Part shown: positions 46,801-56,633 of the stretch, in pieces
Numbering within the stretch: the stretch's first letter is position 1
How the letters are laid out: every line of letters starts with the position of its first letter
Source of the DNA: Microgenomates group bacterium
Lineage (GTDB): Bacteria; Patescibacteriota; Microgenomatia; UBA12405
DNA: 64,000 nucleotides
Assembly (NCBI GenBank): GCA_049303675.1
Contig: JBAQNJ010000001.1
Coordinates: forward strand, 7,494-71,493
Direction: 5' to 3'
The notes under the pieces: model-generated
Told to the model about the DNA's origin: nothing
The model's database searches: none
The model's input: the letters and a program-made list of their open reading frames with translations, nothing else
Program-made: the position numbers and the translations under genes

Positions 46801-49800
46801 ATTCCCTGTTATTGAGTACCGATAACAGGTATTTTGATTTCCCCCTCGACAAGCCATTAAATAATCTCCACCTAAATCCACTAGAAAACCATCATTATAT
46901 ATATTTGCCCCCACTGGCAAATCCGCCACCGATACATCCGACCAGGTTGCACCCACTGACAATGGTCCATAGCGAGTAAATCCAAGTGTATTTCCCCCTC
47001 GCAAGGTATAAATATAGTCATTTTTCAACACCATGTCACTCCCATAACTTATGGTCAGACCAGTATTTGGCAAAATACTCCACTTACTTGTCCCCACTCC
47101 TTCAGTATTAAATCGATAAAAAGTTTGTGTCCCCCCACCTCGTAACCAATAAATATATTTATCTGTTGGATTAAATATCATTGAGCTTCCCTCTGCCACA
47201 TCCACTGGCGGTGGATCTCCAATCTCTTCACTCCAACTATCAGATGCAATATCATAAACATAAAATTTACGATAAATATTACTCACTGTCGCATAAATTC
47301 GACTATGAACACTGTCATATACTAACTCCGCCCCTAAATAAATTCCTGCCGGTAAATCGGCCATTTTTGTTGCCACTCCTGTTGCTGAATTATAACGAAC
47401 AAACAAATTATCATAATTTCCCCGAGTTAAATACAAATTATTTCCATCACCCAAAATTATATCCGCCCCATATCCAAAACCTCGACTATCACTCCCTCTA
47501 AACCATCCTCCAAAAACGCCCACTGTCGGTATTAGCCATGAATTTTTAGCAATATTGTACTTATACATCGCCGCCGACCCGCCCCCCGGGGACATATACA
47601 AACTACCGTTAACCATTTTTAATGACGAACCGTTACTTACCCCAATCGGTGTTTCTGCCAACTCGCTCCATGTTTGTGAATTAATATCAAATTTATAAAA
47701 AAAGTTACGTCCCAAACCATTTAAATAATAAAGTGAATTAGTAGCGCCATCATATGTCAATTGCGAACCAGAGCTGGCATATGCCGGTAAATCGGGCAAA
47801 ACCATCCAACTATTTCCCGAAATACTATACGAAGCAAAACCATCACGTGCCCCACCCTGCAAAACATATAATGTATCTGCCCCATCATAAGCCAAATCAC
47901 CTCCATCATTTATCACATTATTTGGTTGGTTAATTGGAGCATTAAAATCAACATTGGCCAGTGTCTCCCACGCATCCGCAATCGTATCATAACGCATCAA
48001 CGCATCATCTCCCGACCCTCTAATCGCGTAAATATATCGACTCCCGTCATATCTCATTGACGCTCCGTACGATATTGTTTGAGTTACATCCGCCGCCGCC
48101 ACATCTGACCAAGTCGTTGTCCCCACATCAAACCGCCAAAAACCATTTGTCCCATACCCCCGCATGGCATAAATATAATTTCCCGGACCTTCAGCCAAAC
48201 CACCCCCATAATAGACCGTCCCCGGTGCCGTTGGTCCCACCGACACCGTGTTGGTTGTCAAGTCATAAATATAAAAAATATTCGATCCATATCCCCTAAA
48301 TAAATACATTTTGTTAGTACTTGCCTTGTACGCCCAGCTTCCTCCGTAATATATTCCTGCTGGCAAACTGGAAATCCGTTCCTGCTCCCAAAATCCCGGT
48401 TTACTCAATAATTTCATTTGATCACCACTCAAATCAAAATTACTAGTTGTCCCCAAACCAAAGTCCGAAGTTAGTGATTTTGTCAACGTTAATGGTGGGG
48501 AAATTCCATTATAGTTATACACAAACCCCGTCATTGCCGCTGAAGTATTACCCACTCCATCCACCGTTACTAGCCGTAAATAATACGGTAACTGATCCAT
48601 CGGTGTTGTTACTACATAATTACTCAATGTTTGATAATTACCCTCGACAACCGGATTTGCACTTGACCCAGTTCCAAAATAGACATAATAACCAGCCACC
48701 GAAGTTTCTGGGTCAGTCGCCCCCACAAAACTAAAATATGGTGATTGATAATCATAATTTTCTCCAGAAGTTAGACCAATTCCTGCAACTTGTTGCGACA
48801 TCCCAGTTATCACATTTGGTCCAATTGGCACTCCTGTATCTCCCACATAATTCACTGTCACCCCCAGTAGTGACGGAGTTTGACTCCCATCACTTGTCGA
48901 CACCATAGTCACACCTATTTGCAAATAACGTAAAGGTGCACTTCCAATACTACTTCCCACTCCAGCCACCCAATCAGTCCAAGTTACTTTGTCACTACTA
49001 CTCCGCGTTGCAAAACTTATTGACGAGTCTCCCGGCAAGGTTGACTGGATTTGTAAACTACTCCAAGATGCCACATAACCAAAATCAATTGCACTGCTTG
49101 TCCACCCCCCACTACTCGGGTAATTACCCGCATCTACAGTATAAGTTAATAACCTAGTTACCCCGTTACCCAAAATCACATAAAAAGTTCCATTTCCTAA
49201 AGATTCAATTGACGCCCCAGCCCAAGGTCCAATTTCCGTCGGACCATAATCTTGAGTCGGCGCCAACCTTCGCCAACTAGCGCTGGCAATTGTATATTCC
49301 CAAAAATCCGGTTTGTAATATCCAGCCAAAAAGTATAATTTACCATTGTAATAACTCACATCTGACCCATAATAAGGCGCAAACGGTATATTTGAAATTA
49401 CTGACCAAGTAGTAGTCCCAACTGTGTATTTATAAAGTTTGCTCATTCCACTCCCTGGCATGTAATAAATATCAGTCCCATCTGACGCTAATCTAGCTCC
49501 ATAACCAGCCTCCGCATCATCGGGTAAATCCGTCGCCGCCGCATCACTCCACGTTTCCCCCACCCCAATCGTATATCGCCAAAATGTCCGAGTTAGCGCC
49601 CCCCGAGTCGCATACAAATAACTTCCACTTCCCGGATAAATAATTGATGCCCCATAATTTACCGTCGAGGGAGTTCCCAATAAATTTGTCCAAGTGCCTC
49701 CCACCCCTACTGATGGGTCAAATTTATAAAAAGCTGTCGTCCCTATTCCTCTTAAATAATAAAAACTACTACCAATATTGATTCCCTTAACATCATCACC

Positions 49801-50979
49801 AAAATAAGCCGGTGCATCCGCCATTGTTTGCCATGTTCCTCCAATCGTATAACGATACATATTCGCACTGTTTGCTCCACGATTCATATACAAATACGAC
49901 CCATCATACAACAAATCTGCCCCTGTACTCGGTGCATTTGGTGTATCGACTGACCCTTCAAAACTATTAGTTCGCGGATTATATTTCCAAAAATCGTAAC
50001 TTCCATTTCCTCGAAACACATATACATACCCTGTCGCCGTATTACCCACTCCCACCACACCTACATAATATGTCGGCCACGGTGTCCCCGGCAAGGTTGA
50101 CCAAGTTGTCGTTCCCAAGTCAAATCGATAAAAAGCAGTTGACCCATAATCCAAATTATAATAAAGGAAATCTCCAAATATATCCGAATTATGGGGAGCA
50201 TATGATATATTTGGCGCCGGAATATTTGGTAAAGTTGTCCACAAATTTGTCGAAACTTGATATCGATAAAAACTGTTCGAATCACCTCTGGGTGTATAAA
50301 AATACCCATTTTTGTACGATAAACTCGCTCCACGTCCAATTGTCGCCGGCGGTGCACCCAAACTCATCCAGGTACTATTTGTTGGATCGTAACGCCAATA
50401 GTCAGAAGTATATGATCCACGCAATAAGTAGATGTAAGTTCCATCAGACCCAAGCGATGCCCCATCTGCCAATAAATCCGGAGCGTCATTCAAATTAACC
50501 CAACTATTATTGGCGATTGAATATCGGCTAAATTTTTTATTATACGACCCAAAAATTGCATAAATATTATCACCCACTATCACCAAGTCAGCTCCCGCCG
50601 CCGTCGCATGTGGGGCATTGGCCAGTTGTTGCCATCGGTCTTCCCCGGGAATATATCGAGCAAAATAGCGATCGGTTGATTCCATCATATACAAATAAGT
50701 CCCATCTGAGACTATAGCTGTCTGGTTTGACATCGCTACTTTTGGTGCTTGCCACACCCTCGCCCCCCATGTTCCTGCTGACTTTAGTCGAATTTCACCT
50801 TCTTTACTCTTTGTTTCAGTATTTTCAAAAAAACCAGTTTCAAAATCAGCCCGAGTCGTCATTACTCTGTCAGTTGCCATAACCGATCTATTTTTCCACC
50901 ATATCGTGACTATCAATAGCCCAATCAAAACCCCCAACACTACCACCCACTTAAATATAGGCAAGTTAACCAATTTCAT
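43825..50979 (-). CDS. giant cell-surface protein (2384 aa) with Kelch/beta-propeller-like repeats and fibronectin type III domains
   Basis: N-terminal TM/signal. Dozens of ...Y...G..LY...G.....F..Y......W..L... blade repeats. FN3-like segments (e.g. GTTYYYKATWTDEDGN). 4-nt overlap with the downstream ABC ATPase gene. Confidence 0.8.
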   Translation of the reverse strand: MKLVNLPIFKWVVVLGVLIGLLIVTIWWKNRSVMATDRVMTTRADFETGFFENTETKSKEGEIRLKSAGTWGARVWQAPKVAMSNQTAIVSDGTYLYMMESTDRYFARYIPGEDRWQQLANAPHATAAGADLVIVGDNIYAIFGSYNKKFSRYSIANNSWVNLNDAPDLLADGASLGSDGTYIYLLRGSYTSDYWRYDPTNSTWMSLGAPPATIGRGASLSYKNGYFYTPRGDSNSFYRYQVSTNLWTTLPNIPAPNISYAPHNSDIFGDFLYYNLDYGSTAFYRFDLGTTTWSTLPGTPWPTYYVGVVGVGNTATGYVYVFRGNGSYDFWKYNPRTNSFEGSVDTPNAPSTGADLLYDGSYLYMNRGANSANMYRYTIGGTWQTMADAPAYFGDDVKGINIGSSFYYLRGIGTTAFYKFDPSVGVGGTWTNLLGTPSTVNYGASIIYPGSGSYLYATRGALTRTFWRYTIGVGETWSDAAATDLPDDAEAGYGARLASDGTDIYYMPGSGMSKLYKYTVGTTTWSVISNIPFAPYYGSDVSYYNGKLYFLAGYYKPDFWEYTIASASWRRLAPTQDYGPTEIGPWAGASIESLGNGTFYVILGNGVTRLLTYTVDAGNYPSSGGWTSSAIDFGYVASWSSLQIQSTLPGDSSISFATRSSSDKVTWTDWVAGVGSSIGSAPLRYLQIGVTMVSTSDGSQTPSLLGVTVNYVGDTGVPIGPNVITGMSQQVAGIGLTSGENYDYQSPYFSFVGATDPETSVAGYYVYFGTGSSANPVVEGNYQTLSNYVVTTPMDQLPYYLRLVTVDGVGNTSAAMTGFVYNYNGISPPLTLTKSLTSDFGLGTTSNFDLSGDQMKLLSKPGFWEQERISSLPAGIYYGGSWAYKASTNKMYLFRGYGSNIFYIYDLTTNTVSVGPTAPGTVYYGGGLAEGPGNYIYAMRGYGTNGFWRFDVGTTTWSDVAAADVTQTISYGASMRYDGSRYIYAIRGSGDDALMRYDTIADAWETLANVDFNAPINQPNNVINDGGDLAYDGADTLYVLQGGARDGFASYSISGNSWMVLPDLPAYASSGSQLTYDGATNSLYYLNGLGRNFFYKFDINSQTWSELAETPIGVSNGSSLKMVNGSLYMSPGGGSAAMYKYNIAKNSWLIPTVGVFGGWFRGSDSRGFGYGADIILGDGNNLYLTRGNYDNLFVRYNSATGVATKMADLPAGIYLGAELVYDSVHSRIYATVSNIYRKFYVYDIASDSWSEEIGDPPPVDVAEGSSMIFNPTDKYIYWLRGGGTQTFYRFNTEGVGTSKWSILPNTGLTISYGSDMVLKNDYIYTLRGGNTLGFTRYGPLSVGATWSDVSVADLPVGANIYNDGFLVDLGGDYLMACRGGNQNTCYRYSITGNSWSLVSSVTAPYITAGGAATVDASGDKVYVIAGSGQLNTFGNGLYTYVISGANSSFEESGNYISPVYDLTAVYKFASLTVETTMPGNTDLSVYTRTSADNVTWGDWVVASEQKTVGMSQSYKINSTVSRYLQIKLGLTSSNGVHSGVINSYSVNYYQDTVEPINPDNYSSTVVSGVWNNSTAPVFSWSGASDGVNGSGIKGYYVYFGLGETADPVSLGTYTTATSLVGTSLTSGQTYYFRMKTIDNANNVTAGVGTTYVYKFDNETPINPTAVLADPPGYTTTDNFTFTWGSGTDTASGISAYCYKTETTDEQCITDVGVTGVTGITKYQSDENIFYLRVKDAAGNFASSYLTAIYKYSGSAPSRPTNLRLTYPSVGTSNSENDFAFAWDQPESFLGAASNLVYKYSINELPTPSNVITVGTNVRYLSRGQYATRKGVNTIYVVVSDEAGNISTSEGRYQNYASLDFEASTSAPGVSRNLDISDVSIKETNSWRLALSWDAPEASGSGIASYKVYRSTTTSASCSSDFTDFSYASSTTGTSFIDTNLLQSKYYYCVKACDSTSECSAVSSTVSLLPDGKWRVPPTLTAEPTSSVKTKTATISWSTNRKGNSFVKYGKSAGSYGEEVGSSELLSSHEIALTGLDPGTTYYYKATWTDEDGNTGESTEYSLTTNPAPVVSTVSITDIGLYSVYVKFGLSNASKATIQYGKTTIYGSVFELTTSTSSSTYTSKLDGLEEGMKYHLKIVAEDEEGNKFTSDDYEFSTLPMPKIEGVKIQQVKGMSTATIMVSWKTNTGVSSIVSYYPTGRPEMTKDQVGLTLSQNHQLLIKDLLDDTDYIVIVKGKDYAGNEAKSSQNKFKTSADLRPPLITDMRAEGAINGVGEVTKAQIMVYWNTDEPATSQIEYGEGTGTDYPNRTQEDGNLTMNHVVTVTDLKPSQVYHLRIISRDRIGNQIESADNVTVTPKATKSALDLVVNSLSKSFGFFGGLGKISQ

Positions 50980-51053
50980 TTATAATTTATTACTACTTTT
51001 CTTATATTATTCTTATCTATTTTTCCAAAAAAGACAATATATCACTACTAAAA

Positions 51054-51995
51054 ATGAATAAATACCTACTACTTATTTTCATAGGTCTTATCAGTTTTTT
51101 TGCTGGTTACTATGTTACAAAAAAAACTAATACCCCTATTATTGAAAATAGATTAAATGCCAACTATCAATTTATAAATCCACTTCTCGAATGTGATGTC
51201 AATGCTATTAGCCGTAATACTAATTTGGATAAATTACGCATTAAACTAGAACAGCAATTTGGTGACAACACTTCTATCTACTACCGTGACATGAATAACG
51301 GACCCTGGTTTGGTATCCACGAAAAAGAGTATTTTTCCCCAGCTAGTTTGATTAAGGTTCCTCTCATGATGGCCTATCTCAAGAAAGCCGAATCAGATAC
51401 CACTCTCCTCTCACAAGAAATACTCAATACCTCAGTCTACGATCCTAGTACCCAAAACATTCAACCCAAAGCAACACTAGTTCCAAATCAAAAATATACT
51501 ATAAAACAACTTATCGAACAAATGATCATTTACTCTGATGACATTTCGTTTAATTTACTCAACAAAGAATTATCTGTCAAAGAAATTATACAAGTTTACA
51601 ATGATTTGGGAGTTGATATTAGCAAAGCACAAAACGATCCAAATGGAAATATCATTACCGTCAAATCATATTCTTCTTTTTTCCGTATCTTATTCAATGC
51701 TTCATATCTTAATCCCCAAATGTCAGAATATGCCCTGAGTATACTAAGCAAGTCAGACTTTAAAGATGGATTAGTCGCTAGTTTGCCTCAAAATGTCACC
51801 ATCGCCCACAAATTTGGCGAGCGCCAGTATTTAGATACTGGGCTAAAACAACTCCATGATTGCGGCATAGTCTATCTCCCTCACAAACCATACCTTCTCT
51901 GTGTCATGACTCGCGGCGACAATTTCGACACTCTCAAAAATAATATAAAAAACATCTCCCAGACTGTTTATGACTATTTGAGTGAAAACCCCTAA
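51054..51995 (+). CDS. class A beta-lactamase/PBP-like serine hydrolase
   Basis: N-terminal TM. S-x-x-K (ASLIK), SDD (SDN-like) and KFG (KTG-like) motifs in class A order. Confidence 0.6.
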   Translation: MNKYLLLIFIGLISFFAGYYVTKKTNTPIIENRLNANYQFINPLLECDVNAISRNTNLDKLRIKLEQQFGDNTSIYYRDMNNGPWFGIHEKEYFSPASLIKVPLMMAYLKKAESDTTLLSQEILNTSVYDPSTQNIQPKATLVPNQKYTIKQLIEQMIIYSDDISFNLLNKELSVKEIIQVYNDLGVDISKAQNDPNGNIITVKSYSSFFRILFNASYLNPQMSEYALSILSKSDFKDGLVASLPQNVTIAHKFGERQYLDTGLKQLHDCGIVYLPHKPYLLCVMTRGDNFDTLKNNIKNISQTVYDYLSENP

Positions 51996-52191
51996 GCTAT
52001 CCCCATCTTTCTCATATACATTTCATCTGTTACTTGCTGTTCATTCAAGAAGGTGCCATCTTTCCACCTCATTTGCCGCCTCGGTTTGGGTGATCCAATT
52101 ATTTCCACCACCTTCCTCGCCACTGGCAACTCGGCCACAATTTTATAAAATATCAATTTGTTACCCTTTTCCACCACCCCATCAAAATTCT

Positions 52192-52887
52192 TCATTGATA
52201 TATTATATCCCCCTCTCTGTCTGTTCGTCTAATTTTGACACCATATTTTTCCAACCTTTCCAATACCACCTTAGTCGGGTGTCCAAATTTATTGTTTTTC
52301 CCCACCGATATAATTGCCTCCTTAGGTTTTATCGTTGACAACAGTTCCCCACTAGTCGCCTCGGCTGATCCGTGATGAGAAATTTTTATAACATTAATAT
52401 CCTGAGCTTGTCGAAGGACTTTCCTCCAAATTAATTTTTGCTCTACGCTACTAGTGACATCCCCCAAAAACAACACCGTTTTGCCAAAAAAATTTAATAG
52501 TCCTACAATTGAATTATCATTTTCGTTTCCCCCATCTCCCTCCGGATTCAGTATTTCAAAAGATATCTCCTTATATCTGATTACATCATTTTTTACTAAA
52601 TTACCTGAGTAAATATTTTGTACACTATAATACTCCTTCACTTGCCTCAGCCCTCCACTATGATCACTATCATTGTGACTAATAATTATTGCCTCGATCG
52701 TTTTATCCCAAAAAGGTAGATACCTCCCTAAGCACTCCACCATTTTATTGTTTTCCGAACCGGTATCAATCAGCATTTGAAAGCTACCCGCCATCACTAT
52801 GGCACCGTCCCCCTGTCCCACATCACAAAAAATCACCCTGACCTTGTCACTGGGCCAAGTAAAAATAGCCACCACCACCAACCCCAC
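52192..52887 (-). CDS. comEC: ComEC C-terminal metallo-beta-lactamase domain protein
   Basis: VIFCDVGQGDGAIV...IISHNDSDHSGG MBL motifs typical of ComEC/Rec2. Confidence 0.75.
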   Translation of the reverse strand: MGLVVVAIFTWPSDKVRVIFCDVGQGDGAIVMAGSFQMLIDTGSENNKMVECLGRYLPFWDKTIEAIIISHNDSDHSGGLRQVKEYYSVQNIYSGNLVKNDVIRYKEISFEILNPEGDGGNENDNSIVGLLNFFGKTVLFLGDVTSSVEQKLIWRKVLRQAQDINVIKISHHGSAEATSGELLSTIKPKEAIISVGKNNKFGHPTKVVLERLEKYGVKIRRTDREGDIIYQ

Positions 52888-53795
52888 TAACGAGATGAAT
52901 AATGTTTTTTTAATAAAAAATACCCCAAAACTAAATAATAACCGATTAGCATATACTCATTAAAATTTATCTGCCAACTATTTATTTGTCCACCCCAATT
53001 TACCACCTTTCCTAAATAACCTAGACTAGGAATTAACAACCATAAAACATATTTACCCAGAGTTAGCCACACCAATCCTAGCAAACTACCCATAGTTCCT
53101 ACTATAGTAATAAATTCAACCAATACCACTACCATCATATTGGCCAAGGGACTAACCCAACTAGTTTTGCCAAAAACAAAGGCAATTATCGGAAAAATCC
53201 ATACATTTACCCAAACAGATCTCCCCAACTCGTTTATAAAGTCGTTTTTTATTCTAAAAACATCATTATATAAAACAATACTTAAAAACGCAGTTATTGA
53301 CAACCAAAAGCTTACACTAGTCATTATCTTCGGGTCAGCCACAAACATAATCACCACTGCCAGTATCACCCCTCTAACTAAGTTATACTTTCTCCCCAAT
53401 AACTGCGCCAAATACATAATCGATATGAGTAACATTGCCCGCACAATCGGAATTTCCCAATTGACCATTAGTACGTATTTCCAGCCAATCATTAATCCCA
53501 TCAGTATCGCTCCCCGCCGACCTATCCACCGTGCTGCCACCTCTATTCCCCCACCCACCAAAAGCATCACATTGCTTCCCGATACCACCACCAAATGTAC
53601 CAATCCACTACCTATCAAGTTATTATAAAATTCCTTAGTAAAACCACCCTTGTCCCCCAAAATCATCCCTCCAAGTATTCCTGCCTCTGAAAACGGTAGA
53701 CTTATCTTAATTATTTTTAAAATATCCGCTCGGTCAACAAAGAGACAAAAAAATATTGCCAGTGACCAGAATATATATGGCCAAATTATTTTCAT
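52887..53795 (-). CDS. comEC: ComEC/Rec2 transmembrane competence domain protein
   Basis: Polytopic membrane protein with a competence-domain-like pattern. Shares 1 nt with the MBL ORF, so the gene is split or frameshifted. Confidence 0.65.
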   Translation of the reverse strand: MKIIWPYIFWSLAIFFCLFVDRADILKIIKISLPFSEAGILGGMILGDKGGFTKEFYNNLIGSGLVHLVVVSGSNVMLLVGGGIEVAARWIGRRGAILMGLMIGWKYVLMVNWEIPIVRAMLLISIMYLAQLLGRKYNLVRGVILAVVIMFVADPKIMTSVSFWLSITAFLSIVLYNDVFRIKNDFINELGRSVWVNVWIFPIIAFVFGKTSWVSPLANMMVVVLVEFITIVGTMGSLLGLVWLTLGKYVLWLLIPSLGYLGKVVNWGGQINSWQINFNEYMLIGYYLVLGYFLLKKHYSSR

Positions 53796-54403
53796 ATCTC
53801 CACCTTATCTTTTATCTTTTCAAACATCTTCTCCCCAATTCCACTCACCAATTTTAATTCATTGATATCCACAAATCCTCCGTTCTTTTCCCGATAATCA
53901 ATAATTCTCTGGGCAATCGCCGGTCCCACCCCATCCAATTTATCCAATTCCTCCACCCCAGCACTATTTATATTAATTATCTGACTCCCCAATATTTGTT
54001 TTGAAATTTGTTCTTTATTACTGTTCACTGATAACTGATCACTGTTCACTTTCTTGGGTATATATATCTTCTCCCCGTCCCCAATTTTCTTCGCCCGATT
54101 AATATTTACTTCCACCCACTGCCTATCCGCATTAGCCGACAATCCCCCCGCCACCGTCAACGCCTCACTAATCCGACTACCAAGTGGCAACACATACACC
54201 CCTGGTTTTAGTACTTCTCCAGCTATATCAAAAGTTACCTTATTATTACCTTGTACTACAGTAGGGGTCACTTTCGCTTTTATTAACTCTACCTTCGCTG
54301 TTTGCTGACCTTGCCACCCCACCCCTATGCCCACAGTAATTAGAGCCAGACCGGCCGCCAACATTCCCTCTAACCACGTGAACTTTGCCTTATTGTTGTC
54401 CAC
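53792..54403 (-). CDS. comEA: competence protein ComEA (TM + SLBB + tandem HhH)
   Basis: ...ININSAGVEELDKLDGVGPAIAQRIIDYREKNGGFVDINELKLVSGIGEKMFEKI... tandem helix-hairpin-helix. Confidence 0.85.
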   Translation of the reverse strand: MDNNKAKFTWLEGMLAAGLALITVGIGVGWQGQQTAKVELIKAKVTPTVVQGNNKVTFDIAGEVLKPGVYVLPLGSRISEALTVAGGLSANADRQWVEVNINRAKKIGDGEKIYIPKKVNSDQLSVNSNKEQISKQILGSQIININSAGVEELDKLDGVGPAIAQRIIDYREKNGGFVDINELKLVSGIGEKMFEKIKDKVEI

Positions 54404-54438
54404 ATCATAAATATACCCCCAAAATGCTAAACTGATAT

Positions 54439-55080
54439 ATGCCAGAAAATTCTACCTTTTATCTTTTATTGTTATCCACTTCACTTTCCTATCTAATCTC
54501 TATCTCTAGTTACAGCCACTATATTCCTCAGTTGATTGCTCTCTGTCTCATTTTATTTTATGTTTTTTATCGCCTCCAACTCAATAGCACTCCCCTAATT
54601 TCTACTGTTGTTAATCTAATCGTCTTTAGCACTGGTGGACTATCTTCTCCCTTTTATTTTCTAATATATTTCTTATTGTTTGCGACTGCCTTTGTGATTA
54701 AGCCTGTCTATTCGCTATTATTTTCACTCATCACCATTCTTCTCCTCGGTCAATCACTAGTTAACCCCGCTTCTTTGCTCTCTCTTATTTCTCTCCTTTT
54801 TATTGCCCCGCTTGTTTGGCTAGTTAGCCGTCAAAAATCAGCTGTTGAAAAATCGACTCAAACTATCTCCAACGATGAAACCAATTTTCTCCTCTGGCTC
54901 AATCTAAAATTCAAAACCGGCATCACCACCATTATTGACCTCAACTCTCAACTTCTCAGTACCCCCCAACTCTCTCCTACCCAAAAAGAAATTATCAAAA
55001 AAATTCGTCAAAGCTCCCACTCCCTTCTCAACTCCTCAGCCAAATTAACCCAGCAAATCAACGATGAAGACGATATTTAG
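54439..55080 (+). CDS. hypothetical polytopic membrane protein
   Basis: 213 aa, multiple TM helices. Confidence 0.45.
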   Translation: MPENSTFYLLLLSTSLSYLISISSYSHYIPQLIALCLILFYVFYRLQLNSTPLISTVVNLIVFSTGGLSSPFYFLIYFLLFATAFVIKPVYSLLFSLITILLLGQSLVNPASLLSLISLLFIAPLVWLVSRQKSAVEKSTQTISNDETNFLLWLNLKFKTGITTIIDLNSQLLSTPQLSPTQKEIIKKIRQSSHSLLNSSAKLTQQINDEDDI

Positions 55081-55801
55081 TTTCATTTTTCTAGTTTCTA
55101 GTTTCTTGTTTCTAGTTTCTATTCCCGCAGCTGCTCAACATTTTTCGTCCTCTTCTTATATTATCGATTGGGGAAACTTCAACATTACCTCCGGTCGCAA
55201 AGACTCCACCAACTATTCCCTCACCGACACTGTCGGCCAAAACGCCCCTGGCCCTTATACCAGTAGTGGTTACATCGTCAAATCCGGTTTCCAATATATT
55301 TATGACACCTTCAATCAGTTTTCCTTTGCCATTGACAATCTCGACATCCAGCTGGGCACCCTCGTCGCCACTGTCGGCTCCACCGCCACCAATAAAATTA
55401 CCATTACTACTCCCTCCGGTCATGGCTATCAAATTATGGCCCAATATAATCATCCGTTGTCTCTTTTTTCTGGTACCTCTATTCCCGATACTAGTTGCGA
55501 CTCCGGAACCTGTACCACCACCAACTCTGGTGTCTGGACTAGTCCCACTGCCTATGGCTTTGGCTTCAATGCTATTGGTATTAATAGTAGTGCTGTGGTT
55601 ACCGATATCGGTACCAGTAATTATTTTACCAACAACACTTATTACCGTCCCTTTGGGCCTATTGGCCAGATAATCATGGCCGAGACTATTCCTGTCAAGG
55701 ACCATTCCGCCCGCATTTCTTATAAGGCCAATATTTCTTCTGTCCAAGCCGCCGGCAATTATCAAAATTCCATTATTTTTACAGCAGTGCCTCGTTATTA
55801 A
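55064..55801 (+). CDS. secreted Thr/Gly-rich surface protein (paralog of 61303..62802)
   Basis: Signal peptide. ...DTSCDSGTCTTTNSGVWTSPTAYGFGFN... and C-terminal ...AGNYQNSIIFTAVPRY parallel CNGGGCTASVGTTWATYTNSGWGYT and AGNYENKLIYTATATF in the paralog. Confidence 0.55.
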   Translation: MKTIFSFIFLVSSFLFLVSIPAAAQHFSSSSYIIDWGNFNITSGRKDSTNYSLTDTVGQNAPGPYTSSGYIVKSGFQYIYDTFNQFSFAIDNLDIQLGTLVATVGSTATNKITITTPSGHGYQIMAQYNHPLSLFSGTSIPDTSCDSGTCTTTNSGVWTSPTAYGFGFNAIGINSSAVVTDIGTSNYFTNNTYYRPFGPIGQIIMAETIPVKDHSARISYKANISSVQAAGNYQNSIIFTAVPRY

Positions 55802-55802
55802 T

Positions 55803-56633
55803 ATGCCATTTAATACTACTATCAAACCAGCTCAAATCGAATTTGTGGCGCAGCCTAGTGCCTCTTTTACCCAAGCCTACAATGTTATCAATAACACAGA
55901 CTCTCCACTTCTCGTCAACACATCAGTTTTACCTTGGCTTCCCCAAGGCAATGATGGCTCCATTAATTATAACAACGTCCCCACCAACCCCCATTTCGAA
56001 TTTAGTCTCAACAATTCCGACCTTCGCCTCGATCAATCCTTCGTCCTCCGCCCCCACGAAAACCGCCAACTAGTTCTCAAAATAAAATCGCTGGGTAGCA
56101 ATCCCCTCGGTGATTCTTATTTTACTTTTTTCATCAACCAAGATGTTAGTCGCCAAGCCAATATTGAGGGTAGCGGTGGCCAAGCCACAGCCAGAATTGG
56201 CTCCCATATTCTCATTTCTACCTCCAACACTGAAAACCCGACTTCAAATTTATCCACTTCTAAAATTTTTGTCTCCTCTAAAATAGTCGATATTTTTTAT
56301 CCCCCAATAAATATCACTGGTCTAGTCACCAACAGCTCTGACTACTTTAATAAAATCACTGGCAAATTGGTCATCACCAAAAACAGTCAAAAGATAACTG
56401 AGACCGAATTATTTCCCAGTAATGTCCTCGCCCACTCCTCTCGACAAATAGCCTGTCTATCGGACGATAACCCCACTACTTGCACTCTCTCCCCTCCTTA
56501 TTGGCCTGGGGTCTATACTGTTACTATCAACAATCTGTCGACTACTTTTTATGTCTTCCCATTTTCTATTCTAATTTTTTGCACTATCCTCGGCGGGTTT
56601 ATTTTTTCGATTATTAGAAAAAACAAAACTTAA
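55803..56633 (+). CDS. surface protein with C-terminal TM anchor (second gene of the module)
   Basis: 276 aa, C-terminal hydrophobic helix plus basic tail (IIRKNKT). Confidence 0.5.
   Translation: MPFNTTIKPAQIEFVAQPSASFTQAYNVINNTDSPLLVNTSVLPWLPQGNDGSINYNNVPTNPHFEFSLNNSDLRLDQSFVLRPHENRQLVLKIKSLGSNPLGDSYFTFFINQDVSRQANIEGSGGQATARIGSHILISTSNTENPTSNLSTSKIFVSSKIVDIFYPPINITGLVTNSSDYFNKITGKLVITKNSQKITETELFPSNVLAHSSRQIACLSDDNPTTCTLSPPYWPGVYTVTINNLSTTFYVFPFSILIFCTILGGFIFSIIRKNKT

Noticed and set aside
43905-50498. Numerous 60-140-aa ORFs on the plus strand opposite the giant gene, and similar antisense ORFs opposite nrdJ, leuS and the ABC genes.
   Set aside because: They are entirely nested antisense to long, well-supported CDSs and have P/S/L-rich low-complexity translations typical of antisense frames.
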